DNA from: Escherichia coli | GTDB taxonomy: Bacteria > Pseudomonadota > Gammaproteobacteria > Enterobacterales > Enterobacteriaceae | Assembly (NCBI RefSeq): GCF_003334785.1 | Contig: NZ_QOWV01000007.1 | Strand: one strand, 5' to 3' | DNA length: 64,000 nt | Shown: positions 44,903 through 62,210 of the stretch, in pieces | Layout: each line of letters opens with the position of its first letter | Numbering within the stretch: the first letter of the stretch is position 1 | Notes under the pieces: generated by a model | The model's input: the letters and a program-made list of their open reading frames with translations, nothing else | What the model was told of the DNA's origin: nothing | The model's database searches: none | Position numbers and translations under genes: made by a program

Positions 44903-45745
44903 ATGGCGACATACCTTATTGGCGACGTTCATGGTTGTTACGATGAACTGATCGCATTGCTGCATAAAGTAGAATTTACCCCTGGGAAAGATACCCTCTG
45001 GCTGACGGGCGATCTGGTCGCGCGCGGGCCGGGTTCGCTGGATGTTCTGCGCTATGTGAAATCCTTAGGCGACAGCGTACGTCTGGTGCTGGGCAATCAC
45101 GATCTGCATCTTCTGGCGGTATTTGCCGGGATCAGCCGCAATAAACCGAAAGATCGCCTGACACCGCTGCTGGAAGCGCCGGATGCCGACGAGCTGCTTA
45201 ACTGGCTGCGGCGCCAGCCTCTGCTGCAAATCGACGAAGAGAAAAAGCTGGTGATGGCCCACGCAGGGATCACGCCGCAGTGGGATCTGCAGACCGCCAA
45301 AGAGTGCGCACGCGATGTAGAAGCGGTGCTATCGAGTGACTCCTATCCCTTCTTTCTTGATGCCATGTACGGCGATATGCCAAATAACTGGTCACCGGAA
45401 TTGCGGGGGCTGGGAAGACTGCGTTTTATCACCAACGCTTTTACCCGTATGCGTTTTTGCTTCCCGAACGGTCAACTGGATATGTACAGCAAAGAATCGC
45501 CGGAAGAGGCCCCTGCCCCACTGAAACCGTGGTTTGCGATTCCTGGCCCTGTCGCTGAAGAATACAGCATCGCCTTTGGTCACTGGGCATCGCTGGAGGG
45601 CAAAGGTACGCCGGAAGGTATATACGCGCTGGATACCGGCTGCTGCTGGGGTGGTACATTAACCTGCCTGCGCTGGGAAGATAAACAGTATTTTGTCCAG
45701 CCGTCGAACCGGCATAAGGATTTGGGCGAAGCGGCGGCGTCTTAA
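44903..45745 (+). CDS. apaH: Bis(5'-nucleosyl)-tetraphosphatase (symmetrical) ApaH
   Basis: 280-aa ORF; metallophosphatase motifs GDVHG, GDLVARG, GNHD. Confidence 0.95.
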
Positions 45746-45763
45746 ACACAGCCTGATATAGGA

Positions 45764-45800
45764 AGGCCGGATAAGACGCGACCGGCGTCGCATCCGGCGC
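45764..45800. repeat. Single REP element between convergent apaH and folA
   Basis: aggccggataagacgcgaccggcgtcgcatccggcgc palindrome. Confidence 0.8.
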
Positions 45801-45822
45801 TAGCCGTAAATTCTATACAAAA

Positions 45823-48348
<2,526 letters not shown>

Positions 48349-48356
<8 letters not shown>

Positions 48357-48879
48357 GATGGGCCTCCTGCCATTCCAGCAGACGTTGCTTATAGTGACGC
48401 GCCTGCCCTTCGAGGGTTTCGTCGTCACAAATAAAGGTGCAGTGCATGGCAAACGGTGGCAGCCAGTTCAGCCCGCAGTAGATTGCCGTCGCCTGTAGCG
48501 GCTGCGACAGCACATCAAAGCCCGGATGCGCACCAATTTCAAAATGGCTTTCCCCGCCGCCGGTCGTCACCGCCCACAGCAAATGTTTGCCATGCAGCGC
48601 CGTGCCGCCATGACCGTAAGCCCAGCCGTGGGAGAAAACTTTATCGATCCAAAGTTTGAGGAGCGGAGGAATGCTGTACCACTGCATCGGATGCTGCCAG
48701 ACGATCAGATCGGCGCGAGACAGCGCCTCCTGCTCGGCGGCAATATCGATATTGAAGTCAGGATAGAGTTGATAAAGAGAGCGAATTTCGACGCCTTCCA
48801 GCGTCCTTGCCTGTTCAAGCATCCGTTTATTCGCATGGGAATGATGCGGATACGGATGCGCATAAATTATAAGAATCAT
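48349..48879 (-). CDS. kefF: KefC ancillary protein KefF (flavodoxin-like quinone oxidoreductase)
   Basis: 176-aa ORF, translationally coupled to kefC. Confidence 0.93.
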
Positions 48880-48986
48880 AGGTAGCCCGCGTGATTACGC
48901 CTTTGTTTTCCCACAAAGTGTAGTCATATATTCACGCGGCTTATAGTCAATAATATTGATTCAGAAAAGAGAGAAATCTGAACAAT

Positions 48987-50318
48987 TTACCCCATTCTCT
49001 GCCCGCGGATCGTCATATTGCTGGTCTGCGCCAGTGACATCCCTCGAGTCTCCGGGGCAAACGCTACGGAAATCAACAAGCCAAACAGCGAGATACCCGC
49101 CCCCATTAGCATCGTGTTACTGATACAGTAATTATTGATAAAGATCGGTAGTGCCCAGGTCGAAACAATGGTGCCAATACGACTTAAGGACATAATCACG
49201 CCCACGGCAGAGGCGCGGATATCTGTCGGGAAGAGTTCATTAGGATAGAGCCACTGCAAATTACCCGGCCCGCCAGAGAAAAAGGCATACACCGCAAAGG
49301 CCATCACTACCAGCCAGATCCCCATATCCGGGATTAGCCCCAAAACCGCCAGCGCCAGCGTCATCATGGCAAAGCTGCCAATCAACAATGGACGCCGTCC
49401 GGCAGTGTTTAACCACAGCATCGGCGGAATACAGCCGAGCATAAAGAACAGGCTAATCACCACATTCCCTAGTGCCGCGTTTTTGCCAACCCCCAATCCC
49501 AACAAACCAACGATTTGCGGGCCAAAGGTGTAAATGGCGAACATTGGGATCACCTGGCAGGTCCAGATGGCGGCAACAAACAGAACAAAAGGAAAATGGC
49601 GGCGATTAAACAGATCGCGAAAACGGGTTTGCTGCGGCTGCTCTTCATCGAAAGCCACCGGTTCGCCAAACAGTTTGATCATCATCTCTTCGCACTCTTT
49701 TACTCGCCCTTTGCGTAATAACCAGCGGGGAGATTCAGGCAGTTCGAATCGACCAATCAAAATCAACAAACAGGGGATCGCCGCGCTACCCAGCATCCAG
49801 CGCCAGCCGCCTTCCACATCATAAAGCCAGTAGCCGACCAGATCGGCACAGGTCGCGCCGACATACCACATCGCGGCAATAAAGCTGATGGAAAACGCCC
49901 GCTGACGGGTACTGGAGAACTCGGTGATCATTGAGGTGGCGATGGGATAATCTGCACCGATGACAATGCCGATAAGTACCCGCATCACCAACAGTTCGAC
50001 GGGGGATGAAACAAACATCGTCGCCACCGATATCACGCCGATGGCGATGATATCAATGAGGAACATTTTGCGCCGTCCGACTTTATCGGAAATATAACCA
50101 AACAGCGATGTGCCAACGAACAGCCCGGCGAGCGTTCCCGCGCCCAGCAAGCCAATCCAGTCAGCGTCCAGTTTCAGCGCCGGCGTCAGTTGCTCCAGCG
50201 CCACGCCAATCATTACCAGTACATAACCATCCAGAAACGGACCACCGCTTCCCCACAGCAAAATGCGGCGGTGAATAGAGGAGAATTTGAGATCGTCAAA
50301 GTTTCTGGACGGTTGCAT
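48987..50318 (-). CDS. yaaU: MFS transporter YaaU
   Basis: Start MQPSRNFDDLKFSS at 50318 (track ORF begins 21 nt upstream); 443 codons; sugar-porter-like MFS topology. Confidence 0.88.
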   Translation of the reverse strand: MQPSRNFDDLKFSSIHRRILLWGSGGPFLDGYVLVMIGVALEQLTPALKLDADWIGLLGAGTLAGLFVGTSLFGYISDKVGRRKMFLIDIIAIGVISVATMFVSSPVELLVMRVLIGIVIGADYPIATSMITEFSSTRQRAFSISFIAAMWYVGATCADLVGYWLYDVEGGWRWMLGSAAIPCLLILIGRFELPESPRWLLRKGRVKECEEMMIKLFGEPVAFDEEQPQQTRFRDLFNRRHFPFVLFVAAIWTCQVIPMFAIYTFGPQIVGLLGLGVGKNAALGNVVISLFFMLGCIPPMLWLNTAGRRPLLIGSFAMMTLALAVLGLIPDMGIWLVVMAFAVYAFFSGGPGNLQWLYPNELFPTDIRASAVGVIMSLSRIGTIVSTWALPIFINNYCISNTMLMGAGISLFGLLISVAFAPETRGMSLAQTSNMTIRGQRMG

Positions 50319-50374
50319 GGTTATTCCTGTTTTTTGCAATGAGAGTCAGTGCGGCGTTACGTATCAAACCAACA

Positions 50375-50662
50375 TCAGCCGTAACGGAACTCCACACCAA
50401 AGGTGCCGCGCGGGTATTCCCACTGTTCCAGCGCCGACCCCAGCCCCAGAATGCGACAGGTGCCGCACTCCAGACATCCGGCGTAATCGAAGCGCACACT
50501 GCCGTCATCCTGCTTCTTGTACAGACCTGCGGGGCACGCTTTCACCAGCAGCTCCAGCGCCTGTTTATCAGCATCGGCCTTCACAACAATGTGCGGATGC
50601 TCTTCATCGACATTGAATTTATTGACGCCCAGTTTGACGTCCACATTGACGGGAGAAGTCAT
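50375..50662 (-). CDS. fixX: Ferredoxin-like protein FixX
   Basis: 95-aa ORF with Cys cluster (CPAGLY...CLECGTC); 4-bp overlap with fixC. Confidence 0.93.
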   Translation of the reverse strand: MTSPVNVDVKLGVNKFNVDEEHPHIVVKADADKQALELLVKACPAGLYKKQDDGSVRFDYAGCLECGTCRILGLGSALEQWEYPRGTFGVEFRYG

Positions 50663-51945
50663 AAAACGGTCACTCCTTTCATGCCATCCTTGATTAGATT
50701 GATGAAGCCCACTTTCTTGCCGTGGCGGAGGATTTTCTTGCGCATCAGTTCCGGCGCGCTGCCATCAATGGTGAACAGGTCACGCGCCACACCCACCGCC
50801 AGCTCCGGGTAGCCGCTAAACATGCGTGGGTTATCAAGGAACGCCGGTAGTTTCTGGTACATACGCATATCGCGCAGCGGACCACTCTCAAGATGCTGAC
50901 GATATTCCGCCAGTTTTTGCTTACTGAAATCGTCGCTTTTCATCGCTGAAAGCACGGTTTTTGCTGCGGCTTCCCCGGCGGCAATCGCCAGATCCATACC
51001 GCGAATGGTAAAACCGAGGTTCATACACATTCCGGCGGCATCACCGGCAATCAATACGCCGTCACCAACCAACTCCGGCAGCATGTTGATGCCTGCTTCC
51101 GGCACTACGTGAGCGGAATATTCCACCAGCTTGCCGCCCGCGATCAGCGGTGCAACGGCCGGATGCTGTTTGAAATCTTCCAGCATTTGCGGCACCGATT
51201 TTTTCGCGTCATGCAGATGATGCAAACCACAAACCAGCCCCAGCGACAGGGTGTTTTCATTGGTATAAAGGAAGCCGCCGCCCATCAGGCCATCGGTGGG
51301 TGATCCCGCAAACAGGCAAGCCGCCCCCTGATTACCCTGCAACTGAAAACGGTCTTCAATAACCGACTTCGGTAACTCGATCAGTTCCTTCACGCCAACC
51401 GCCACATCCGTCGGTTTGACGCGTTTTGCCATCCCCAATTTTTCGGCAAGGATGGAGTTCACCCCATCAGCAAGGATCACCGTTTTCGCTTCAATCACAT
51501 CGCCATCGGCTTCTACACCGACGACTTTGCCATCGTGCTGTACGAGGTTATCGACGCGGATCCCGGTAATTAACTGCGCGCCCGCTTCTTCGGCCTGCTC
51601 CATCAGCCAGGCATCAAATTTACTGCGCAAAACGGAGTAAGAACGCTGGGATGGCGAGGTTTCGTCACCATTGCAGTAGTCCATAGTCATCGCTGACTTT
51701 TCCGTCATAAACGCGAGTTTTTCATGGGTGATCAGGCGTTCTACGGGGGCGGAGTCGGCGAAACCAGGAATAATGTGTTCCAGACTGTGGGCATAGAGAC
51801 GCCCGCCGGTGACGTTCTTGGCACCTGCGGAATTGCCACGCTCGATAACTAACACTTGCGCACCTTCGCGGGCGAGCACCAGTGCGGCAACCGAACCGGC
51901 AAGCCCTGCACCGACGATGATGGCGTCAAAGATATCTTCGGACAT
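50659..51945 (-). CDS. fixC: ETF-quinone oxidoreductase-like flavoprotein FixC
   Basis: 428-aa ORF; N-terminal FAD-binding GAGLAGS. Confidence 0.94.
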   Translation of the reverse strand: MSEDIFDAIIVGAGLAGSVAALVLAREGAQVLVIERGNSAGAKNVTGGRLYAHSLEHIIPGFADSAPVERLITHEKLAFMTEKSAMTMDYCNGDETSPSQRSYSVLRSKFDAWLMEQAEEAGAQLITGIRVDNLVQHDGKVVGVEADGDVIEAKTVILADGVNSILAEKLGMAKRVKPTDVAVGVKELIELPKSVIEDRFQLQGNQGAACLFAGSPTDGLMGGGFLYTNENTLSLGLVCGLHHLHDAKKSVPQMLEDFKQHPAVAPLIAGGKLVEYSAHVVPEAGINMLPELVGDGVLIAGDAAGMCMNLGFTIRGMDLAIAAGEAAAKTVLSAMKSDDFSKQKLAEYRQHLESGPLRDMRMYQKLPAFLDNPRMFSGYPELAVGVARDLFTIDGSAPELMRKKILRHGKKVGFINLIKDGMKGVTVL

Positions 51946-51995
51946 AAGAGCTCCCTGTCAGCGGCAGGGCCAAAATGCAGCCCTGCCAGAGTGGA

Positions 51996-52937
51996 TCAAC
52001 GCGCTAAAGCTGCGGTCAGCGCCGGAAGGATCTTCACGGCGTCGCCAACAATGCCGTAATCCGCGTACTGGAAGATCGGCGCATTTTTATCTTTATTGAT
52101 GGCGAAAATGGTTTGCGACGCGTTAGCGCCAACCATGTGCTGGATCTGCCCGGAGATCCCCACCGCCAAGTACAGTTCAGGTTTCAGCATCAGGTTGGAG
52201 ATACCGACATAGCGTTCGTGCTCCATCCATTTTTCGTTTTCCGCCACCGGACGAGAACAGGCCAACTCCGCACCTATCGCCTTGCAAAGCTGTTCTGCCA
52301 GCGCAATGTTCTCTTTGCTGCCAATACCGCGACCGACGCTGACCACCAGACGGGCTTTGTCGAGATCGACGCTGTTGCTCTGGCGCGCCTGGGTTGCCGT
52401 GCGGGTAATCGCCACAGCCGGAGCCTGCCACTCCACGGTGTGCGTTTCGCCAGTGCGTGACGCGTCTGGCTGAGCCGCATCGAACGTGCCGCTGCTGATG
52501 GTCAGTACCGCATACGGCGTGGCAATGCGTTCTTCGCCAATCGCCAGACCACCGTAAACCATGTGTTTCACTGTCGCTTTACCGTCCTGTACGCTGACGG
52601 TGCTGGCATCGTTAGACACCGCCGCTTTAAGGCGATAACCCAGTTTTGCCGCCAGTAATTTGCCGCGACGGGTGTTTGGCAGCAGCACCAGGCCGTCTGC
52701 GCCGTGCTGGCGAATAGTGTCAGCCATGACACCGGCGTAATCTTCGATCATCCGATCGTCCGGTTTGCCGTTTAATTTCCAGACATGATTAGCGCCGAGC
52801 TGGATTGCCTGTGCGCCGTCGGCATCATTGAGGACAAAGGTGTTGATTTGATTAGCTAAAGCCTGCGCACCGTTCATCAGTTCCGGCAGACGAGAAGGGG
52901 TATCGCTGAATACCCAGACTTGAGAAAACGTGTTCAT
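51996..52937 (-). CDS. fixB: Electron transfer flavoprotein alpha subunit FixB
   Basis: 313-aa ETF-alpha-like ORF. Confidence 0.94.
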
Positions 52938-52951
52938 AGCATCCCCTGTAA

Positions 52952-53722
52952 TTAAATGACTTTGCGAAGATTTTCAGCAAATGCGGCGATCTGTTCTTCG
53001 CCGTCGCCTTCAATCACGATGCGCTGACGTTCGCGCTGTTTCGGCGCGGCAACCTGTTGTTCTGACCAGGCTGCCTCTGCGTTAAAACCAATATCCGCCG
53101 CCGACCATACCTGGACGGGCTTTTTCGCCGCGCCGAGAATGGCTTTCATCGAAGGAATTTGTGGGGAATTGATATCAGTGGAAACAGCAACAACCGCAGG
53201 CAGCGGAATGCTTAAGGTTTCGGTTTCATCTTCCAGTTCGCGCTCAACGGTGAGGGTATCTGCAGTCAGGGAGATAATTTTGCTGACGCCGTTAACTGCC
53301 GGAATATTGAGGATTTCGCCTACCAGCAAACCAACCTGCTGGGCATAAAGGTCGGAAGAACCATCGCCACAGAGGATCAAATCAAAGCCTGCTTTCTGGG
53401 CGGCTGCAGCCAGTGCGCTCGCCGTTTGTTGCGGCAGTGCCTGCTCGAACTGGTCATCAATTACCACAATCAGTTCATCCGGGCCGCGCGATAACACATC
53501 TTTACGCCCTTTGGCGTTGGTCAGGGCTTTACCGCCCACACTTAAGGCTGTCACCTGCGCCTCTGCTGCCTGTTGCTTTAGCTGGCAAGCCGCTTCAATA
53601 GCGTTGAGATCGTATTGGCTTATTTTGGCATCGGCTTTGCTGAAGTCTAATGAACCATCAGCATTATTGACCGCAATATCCTGTTCATCAGGCACGCACT
53701 TATAGCAAGTAATAATCTTCAT
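52952..53722 (-). CDS. fixA: Electron transfer flavoprotein beta subunit FixA
   Basis: Start [15 protein letters not shown] at 53722 (track ORF extended upstream); 256 codons. Confidence 0.94.
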
Positions 53723-53814
53723 TGCATCTCCAGAAATCATGAAGGAAACGTCGTTCATATCGGTGGTGTTAATTACAGATATCACGCCCTTTAATTTGGA
53801 AATAAAACTTTAAT

Positions 53815-53944
53815 CACCAATATTGAAAATGTCACACGCAGATAAATCCAACTTTCAATATTGTTAAGTTCCTCACCAATATTGAAAACACGGCGTAGCA
53901 AAAAGAAATTTTCAATATTGTTTTATGGATCACCAATATTGAAA
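53815..53944. promoter_or_regulatory. Five copies of a CAATATTG-centred motif in the fix/cai divergent promoter region (likely CaiF operator half-sites)
   Basis: caccaatattgaaa at about 53815, 53874, 53931 and tttcaatattg at about 53853, 53910; two inverted pairs at about 21-bp centre spacing plus one lone copy. Confidence 0.7.
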
Positions 53945-54191
53945 GTCAGATGTTATTTTTTTACTCAAAATAGAGCATAACAAACTGATTATTAATCAAA
54001 ATTAACGAAAAAACGCCCTCTATTCACCCGAAACAAAAATGTGATACCAATCACAGAATACAGCTTATTGAATACCCATTATGAGTTAGCCATTAACGCG
54101 TCCACGAGGTTAATAATAATTATATTAAATGTTAACAAAAATAAAACAAACGGGAACGCAAAATAAATATTCGTTTTCACAGTGGAATTAA

Positions 54192-55709
<1,518 letters not shown>

Positions 55710-55739
55710 TTAACCCCCAAAATATCAAGAGGTTGAAAG

Positions 55740-56882
55740 ATGGATTTTAATTTAAATGATGAGCAGGAACTGTTTGTCGCCGGTATCCGCGAACTGATGG
55801 CCAGCGAAAACTGGGAGGCCTATTTTGCCGAGTGCGACCGTGACAGCGTCTACCCGGAACGTTTTGTCAAAGCACTGGCGGATATGGGTATCGACAGTCT
55901 GCTGATCCCTGAAGAGCACGGTGGTCTGGACGCGGGGTTTGTTACTCTCGCCGCCGTGTGGATGGAGCTGGGACGTCTGGGGGCACCAACCTATGTACTG
56001 TACCAGTTGCCGGGCGGGTTCAATACCTTCCTGCGCGAAGGCACACAAGAGCAGATCGACAAGATTATGGCTTTCCGCGGCACCGGTAAGCAGATGTGGA
56101 ACTCAGCGATTACCGAACCGGGCGCGGGCTCCGACGTGGGTAGCCTGAAAACGACTTATACCCGTAGAAATGGTAAGATTTATCTTAATGGTAGTAAGTG
56201 TTTTATTACCAGTAGCGCCTACACCCCGTACATCGTGGTGATGGCGCGCGACGGGGCTTCTCCGGACAAACCTGTCTACACCGAATGGTTTGTTGATATG
56301 AGCAAACCGGGCATCAAAGTGACCAAACTTGAGAAGCTCGGTCTGCGTATGGATAGCTGCTGTGAAATCACCTTTGACGATGTGGAACTGGACGAGAAAG
56401 ACATGTTCGGTCGGGAAGGTAACGGCTTTAACCGCGTCAAAGAAGAGTTCGACCATGAACGTTTCCTGGTAGCCCTGACCAACTACGGTACGGCGATGTG
56501 CGCCTTTGAAGATGCGGCGCGCTACGCCAACCAGCGCGTGCAGTTTGGCGAGGCTATTGGTCGTTTCCAGTTGATTCAGGAAAAATTCGCCCACATGGCG
56601 ATCAAATTAAACTCCATGAAAAACATGCTGTATGAAGCAGCGTGGAAAGCAGACAACGGCACCATCACCTCTGGCGATGCAGCGATGTGCAAATACTTCT
56701 GCGCCAATGCGGCATTTGAAGTGGTGGATAGCGCAATGCAGGTGCTGGGCGGTGTCGGGATTGCGGGCAACCACCGCATCAGCCGCTTCTGGCGTGACCT
56801 GCGTGTAGACCGCGTTTCCGGAGGATCTGACGAAATGCAGATCCTGACGCTGGGTCGTGCGGTGCTGAAGCAATACCGCTAA
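55740..56882 (+). CDS. caiA: Crotonobetainyl-CoA dehydrogenase CaiA
   Basis: 380-aa acyl-CoA dehydrogenase-fold ORF. Confidence 0.95.
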
Positions 56883-56893
56883 GTCCGTGCGCT

Positions 56894-56975
<82 letters not shown>

Positions 56976-56992
56976 AGTCATGCGCTACATAA

Positions 56993-58228
<1,236 letters not shown>

Positions 58229-58301
58229 ACGCGTGGCGTCAGTCGGCTTGCCTGACTAGCGCCCGCCCAATAACAAACGAACAAAAATGGATAGAGGTGC
58301 A

Positions 58302-59855
58302 ATGGATATCATTGGCGGACAACATCTACGTCAAATGTGGGACGATCTTGCGGACGTTTACGGTCATAAAACGGCGCTGATTTGTGAATCCAGCGGCGGA
58401 GTCGTTAACCGGTATAGTTATCTTGAGTTAAATCAGGAGATTAACCGCACGGCAAACCTGTTTTATACGCTGGGGATTCGCAAAGGCGACAAGGTTGCAC
58501 TACATCTCGACAACTGCCCGGAATTTATCTTTTGCTGGTTCGGGCTGGCAAAAATTGGCGCGATTATGGTGCCGATTAACGCCCGCCTGTTACGCGAGGA
58601 AAGCGCGTGGATCCTGCAAAATAGCCAGGCGTGCCTGCTGGTAACCAGTGCGCAATTCTATCCTATGTATCAACAGATTCAGCAGGAAGATGCCACTCAA
58701 TTGCGGCACATTTGCCTGACAGATGTGGCACTTCCCGCTGATGATGGCGTGAGTTCGTTTACTCAACTGAAAAATCAACAACCTGCCACCTTGTGCTATG
58801 CACCGCCGCTATCGACTGACGATACGGCGGAAATTCTCTTCACCTCCGGCACCACCTCCCGACCGAAAGGTGTGGTGATTACCCATTACAACCTGCGCTT
58901 CGCTGGATATTACTCCGCCTGGCAGTGTGCACTGCGTGACGATGACGTCTACCTGACGGTAATGCCTGCGTTTCATATCGATTGCCAGTGTACTGCGGCG
59001 ATGGCGGCGTTTTCTGCCGGGGCCACCTTTGTGCTGGTCGAGAAATACAGCGCCCGCGCCTTCTGGGGACAGGTACAGAAGTACCGCGCCACCGTTACCG
59101 AATGTATTCCGATGATGATCCGTACCTTGATGGTGCAGCCGCCTTCAGCGAACGATCGGCAACACCGCCTGCGGGAAGTGATGTTTTATCTCAACTTGTC
59201 GGAGCAGGAAAAAGATGCGTTTTGTGAACGCTTCGGCGTTCGCTTGCTGACGTCTTATGGGATGACGGAAACCATTGTGGGCATTATCGGCGATCGCCCT
59301 GGCGATAAACGACGCTGGCCGTCGATTGGTCGAGCGGGGTTTTGCTACGAAGCGGAGATCCGCGACGATCACAATTGCCCGCTCCCGGCAGGTGAGATCG
59401 GTGAAATCTGTATTAAAGGCGTACCAGGGAAAACCATCTTCAAAGAGTATTTTCTCAACCCGAAAGCCACTGCGAAAGTGCTGGAAGCTGATGGCTGGCT
59501 GCATACCGGCGATACCGGATACCGCGACGAAGAAGGCTTTTTTTATTTCGTCGATCGCCGCTGCAATATGATCAAACGCGGTGGCGAGAATGTCTCCTGC
59601 GTGGAGCTGGAAAATATCATCGCCACCCATCCGAAAATTCAGGACATCGTGGTTGTGGGTATTAAAGATTCGATTCGCGATGAAGCCATCAAAGCATTTG
59701 TGGTGCTGAATGAAGGTGAAACATTGAGCGAAGAGGAATTTTTTCGCTTCTGCGAACAAAATATGGCGAAATTTAAAGTGCCCTCTTATCTGGAGATCAG
59801 AAAAGATCTGCCACGTAATTGCTCGGGGAAAATAATTAGAAAGAATCTGAAATAA
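58302..59855 (+). CDS. caiC: Carnitine/crotonobetaine--CoA ligase CaiC
   Basis: Start [15 protein letters not shown] at 58302; 517 codons; AMP-binding motif [10 protein letters not shown]. Confidence 0.94.
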   Translation: MDIIGGQHLRQMWDDLADVYGHKTALICESSGGVVNRYSYLELNQEINRTANLFYTLGIRKGDKVALHLDNCPEFIFCWFGLAKIGAIMVPINARLLREESAWILQNSQACLLVTSAQFYPMYQQIQQEDATQLRHICLTDVALPADDGVSSFTQLKNQQPATLCYAPPLSTDDTAEILFTSGTTSRPKGVVITHYNLRFAGYYSAWQCALRDDDVYLTVMPAFHIDCQCTAAMAAFSAGATFVLVEKYSARAFWGQVQKYRATVTECIPMMIRTLMVQPPSANDRQHRLREVMFYLNLSEQEKDAFCERFGVRLLTSYGMTETIVGIIGDRPGDKRRWPSIGRAGFCYEAEIRDDHNCPLPAGEIGEICIKGVPGKTIFKEYFLNPKATAKVLEADGWLHTGDTGYRDEEGFFYFVDRRCNMIKRGGENVSCVELENIIATHPKIQDIVVVGIKDSIRDEAIKAFVVLNEGETLSEEEFFRFCEQNMAKFKVPSYLEIRKDLPRNCSGKIIRKNLK

Positions 59856-59963
59856 ATGAAACGGCAGGGAACTACCCTGCCAGCTAATAATCACGCTCTA
59901 AAACAATATGCATTTTTTGCAGGAATGTTGTCGTCCCTGAAAAAGCAAAAATGGAGAAAAGGA

Positions 59964-60749
59964 ATGAGTGAATCATTACATCTGACCCGCAATGGATCAA
60001 TTCTGGAAATTACCCTTGATCGCCCAAAAGCGAATGCTATTGATGCAAAAACCAGCTTTGAAATGGGCGAAGTATTTCTAAATTTCCGTGACGATCCGCA
60101 ATTACGTGTCGCCATTATTACCGGTGCCGGAGAGAAATTCTTTTCCGCGGGCTGGGATTTAAAAGCGGCAGCAGAAGGCGAAGCACCGGATGCTGACTTT
60201 GGCCCGGGTGGTTTTGCGGGATTAACCGAAATTTTCAATCTCGACAAACCAGTTATCGCAGCTGTGAACGGCTACGCCTTTGGCGGCGGTTTCGAACTGG
60301 CGCTGGCGGCAGATTTTATTGTTTGTGCCGATAACGCCAGCTTCGCCCTGCCGGAAGCCAAACTGGGCATCGTTCCTGACAGCGGCGGTGTGCTGCGTCT
60401 GCCGAAGATCCTGCCGCCTGCCATCGTCAATGAAATGGTGATGACCGGCAGACGAATGGGCGCAGAAGAGGCGCTGCGTTGGGGGATAGTCAACCGCGTG
60501 GTTAGCCAGGCGGAACTGATGGATAACGCCCGCGAACTGGCGCAGCAGCTGGTTAACAGCGCTCCGCTGGCGATTGCGGCGCTGAAAGAGATCTACCGCA
60601 CCACCAGCGAAATGCCGGTAGAAGAAGCGTATCGCTATATTCGCAGCGGCGTGTTGAAACACTATCCGTCGGTTCTGCATTCGGAGGATGCCATTGAAGG
60701 GCCGCTGGCGTTTGCCGAGAAGCGCGATCCGGTGTGGAAAGGACGTTAA
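59964..60749 (+). CDS. caiD: Carnitinyl-CoA dehydratase CaiD (crotonase family)
   Basis: Start [18 protein letters not shown] at 59964 (track ORF extended 108 nt upstream); 261 codons. Confidence 0.92.
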   Translation: MSESLHLTRNGSILEITLDRPKANAIDAKTSFEMGEVFLNFRDDPQLRVAIITGAGEKFFSAGWDLKAAAEGEAPDADFGPGGFAGLTEIFNLDKPVIAAVNGYAFGGGFELALAADFIVCADNASFALPEAKLGIVPDSGGVLRLPKILPPAIVNEMVMTGRRMGAEEALRWGIVNRVVSQAELMDNARELAQQLVNSAPLAIAALKEIYRTTSEMPVEEAYRYIRSGVLKHYPSVLHSEDAIEGPLAFAEKRDPVWKGR

Positions 60750-60754
60750 CAACC

Positions 60755-61345
60755 GTGAGCTATTACGCCTTTGAGGGGTTAATTCCGGTGGTTCACCCGA
60801 CGGCGTTTGTCCATCCCAGTGCCGTCTTGATTGGCGATGTGATTGTGGGAGCCGGTGTCTACATCGGCCCACTCGCCTCACTGCGTGGTGACTACGGGCG
60901 GTTGATCGTGCAAGCGGGAGCCAATATTCAGGATGGCTGCATTATGCATGGCTACTGCGACACTGACACCATTGTTGGGGAAAACGGCCATATCGGGCAC
61001 GGAGCGATCCTGCATGGTTGTGTGATTGGTCGCGATGCATTGGTCGGGATGAACAGCGTGATTATGGATGGCGCGGTCATTGGCGAAGAGAGCATTGTTG
61101 CCGCCATGAGCTTTGTCAAAGCGGGCTTTAGCGGCGAGAAACGCCAGTTGTTGATGGGTACGCCAGCCCGCGCTGTACGCAGTGTTAGTGACGACGAGTT
61201 ACACTGGAAACGGTTGAATACCAAAGAGTATCAGGATCTTGTCGGGCGCTATCATGCATCGTTACATGAAACGCAGCCGTTGAGGCAAATGGAGGAAAAT
61301 CGCCCCCGTTTGCAGGGGACAACGGATGTGACGCCTAAACGGTGA
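60755..61345 (+). CDS. caiE: Hexapeptide-repeat protein CaiE
   Basis: GTG at 60755 gives 196 codons; left-handed beta-helix repeats; start assignment tentative (track ORF starts at 60734). Confidence 0.88.
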   Translation: MSYYAFEGLIPVVHPTAFVHPSAVLIGDVIVGAGVYIGPLASLRGDYGRLIVQAGANIQDGCIMHGYCDTDTIVGENGHIGHGAILHGCVIGRDALVGMNSVIMDGAVIGEESIVAAMSFVKAGFSGEKRQLLMGTPARAVRSVSDDELHWKRLNTKEYQDLVGRYHASLHETQPLRQMEENRPRLQGTTDVTPKR

Positions 61346-61348
61346 TCT

Positions 61349-61528
61349 TGCCGGATGCGGCGTAAACGCCTTATCCAACTCTGCTGGAGAGCAACCGTAG
61401 GCCGGATAAGATGCGCCAGCATCGCATCCGGCGATAGCTGTCGGATGCGGCATAAACGCCTTATCCAACCCGGCTGGAGAGCAACCGTAAGCCGGATAAG
61501 ATGCGCCAGCATCGCATCCGGCGACCAG
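61349..61528. repeat. Two tandem ~90-bp BIME units (four REPs) between caiE and caiF
   Basis: ggatgcggc(g/a)taaacgccttatccaac ... gccggataagatgcgccagcatcgcatccggc repeated at about 61353 and 61443. Confidence 0.85.
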
Positions 61529-61553
61529 GTCGCACGGTATCATCGAAATGACA

Positions 61554-61949
61554 TTAACGACGCATACTCTTTGACAACATCATCTGCCACTTCTGCTCGC
61601 GGTTAAGTTCCGTGAGCGGAACGGCAGGAATACGCGGTGTCTTTCTTACGCCGACTAATTTTTCCCGACTGTTATTGCGCAGGCGCGCGTAAATTTGTTC
61701 ATCGATATCGACCACTTTAACCAGTCGCTGACACTGGCATCCCCGCCCTTCCAGCTTATTAGGGATCATCTTAACTTCGCAGCTTATTTCTGTGACTTCC
61801 GACAGAATATAAGTCAGGGTATTAACCGCCTTGCTGTGTTCAATATCGAAATGAATAGAGATCTCTCTTGCTATCACCCACCGATTTTCAGCCATCATCC
61901 ATTCGGCGATTAACAAGTAGAGTGGTTTTTCAACATATCCTTCACACAT
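61554..61949 (-). CDS. caiF: cai/fix operon transcriptional activator CaiF
   Basis: Start MCEGYVEKPLYLLIAEW at 61949; 131 codons; sits between the cai operon and carB. Confidence 0.88.
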   Translation of the reverse strand: MCEGYVEKPLYLLIAEWMMAENRWVIAREISIHFDIEHSKAVNTLTYILSEVTEISCEVKMIPNKLEGRGCQCQRLVKVVDIDEQIYARLRNNSREKLVGVRKTPRIPAVPLTELNREQKWQMMLSKSMRR

Positions 61950-62210
61950 ACGAACTCCAGTTTCACAAATTAAAAGTCTGGCTATGACTCGTTTTGAAGC
62001 AATTAAACAAGGCCATATTAAAATTGTGGATATATCGATAGTATGCAACTTCACCGTCGATAAGTGTGAGCTAAATCCTGCTTATGTCATCAAAAATATC
62101 GATTCCCCAAAAGATTTACTTAATGGGCAAAAAAAAACGGTCCTCATCAGAGAACCGTATTAGTTATTCGATCAAATTAGCGGATGAAAAATATCTGCCA
62201 TGACACGCTA

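Noticed and set aside
59145-60881. 249- and 219-codon minus-strand ORFs antisense to caiC and caiD
   Set aside because: Shadow ORFs overlapping conserved enzyme genes; no independent signal.
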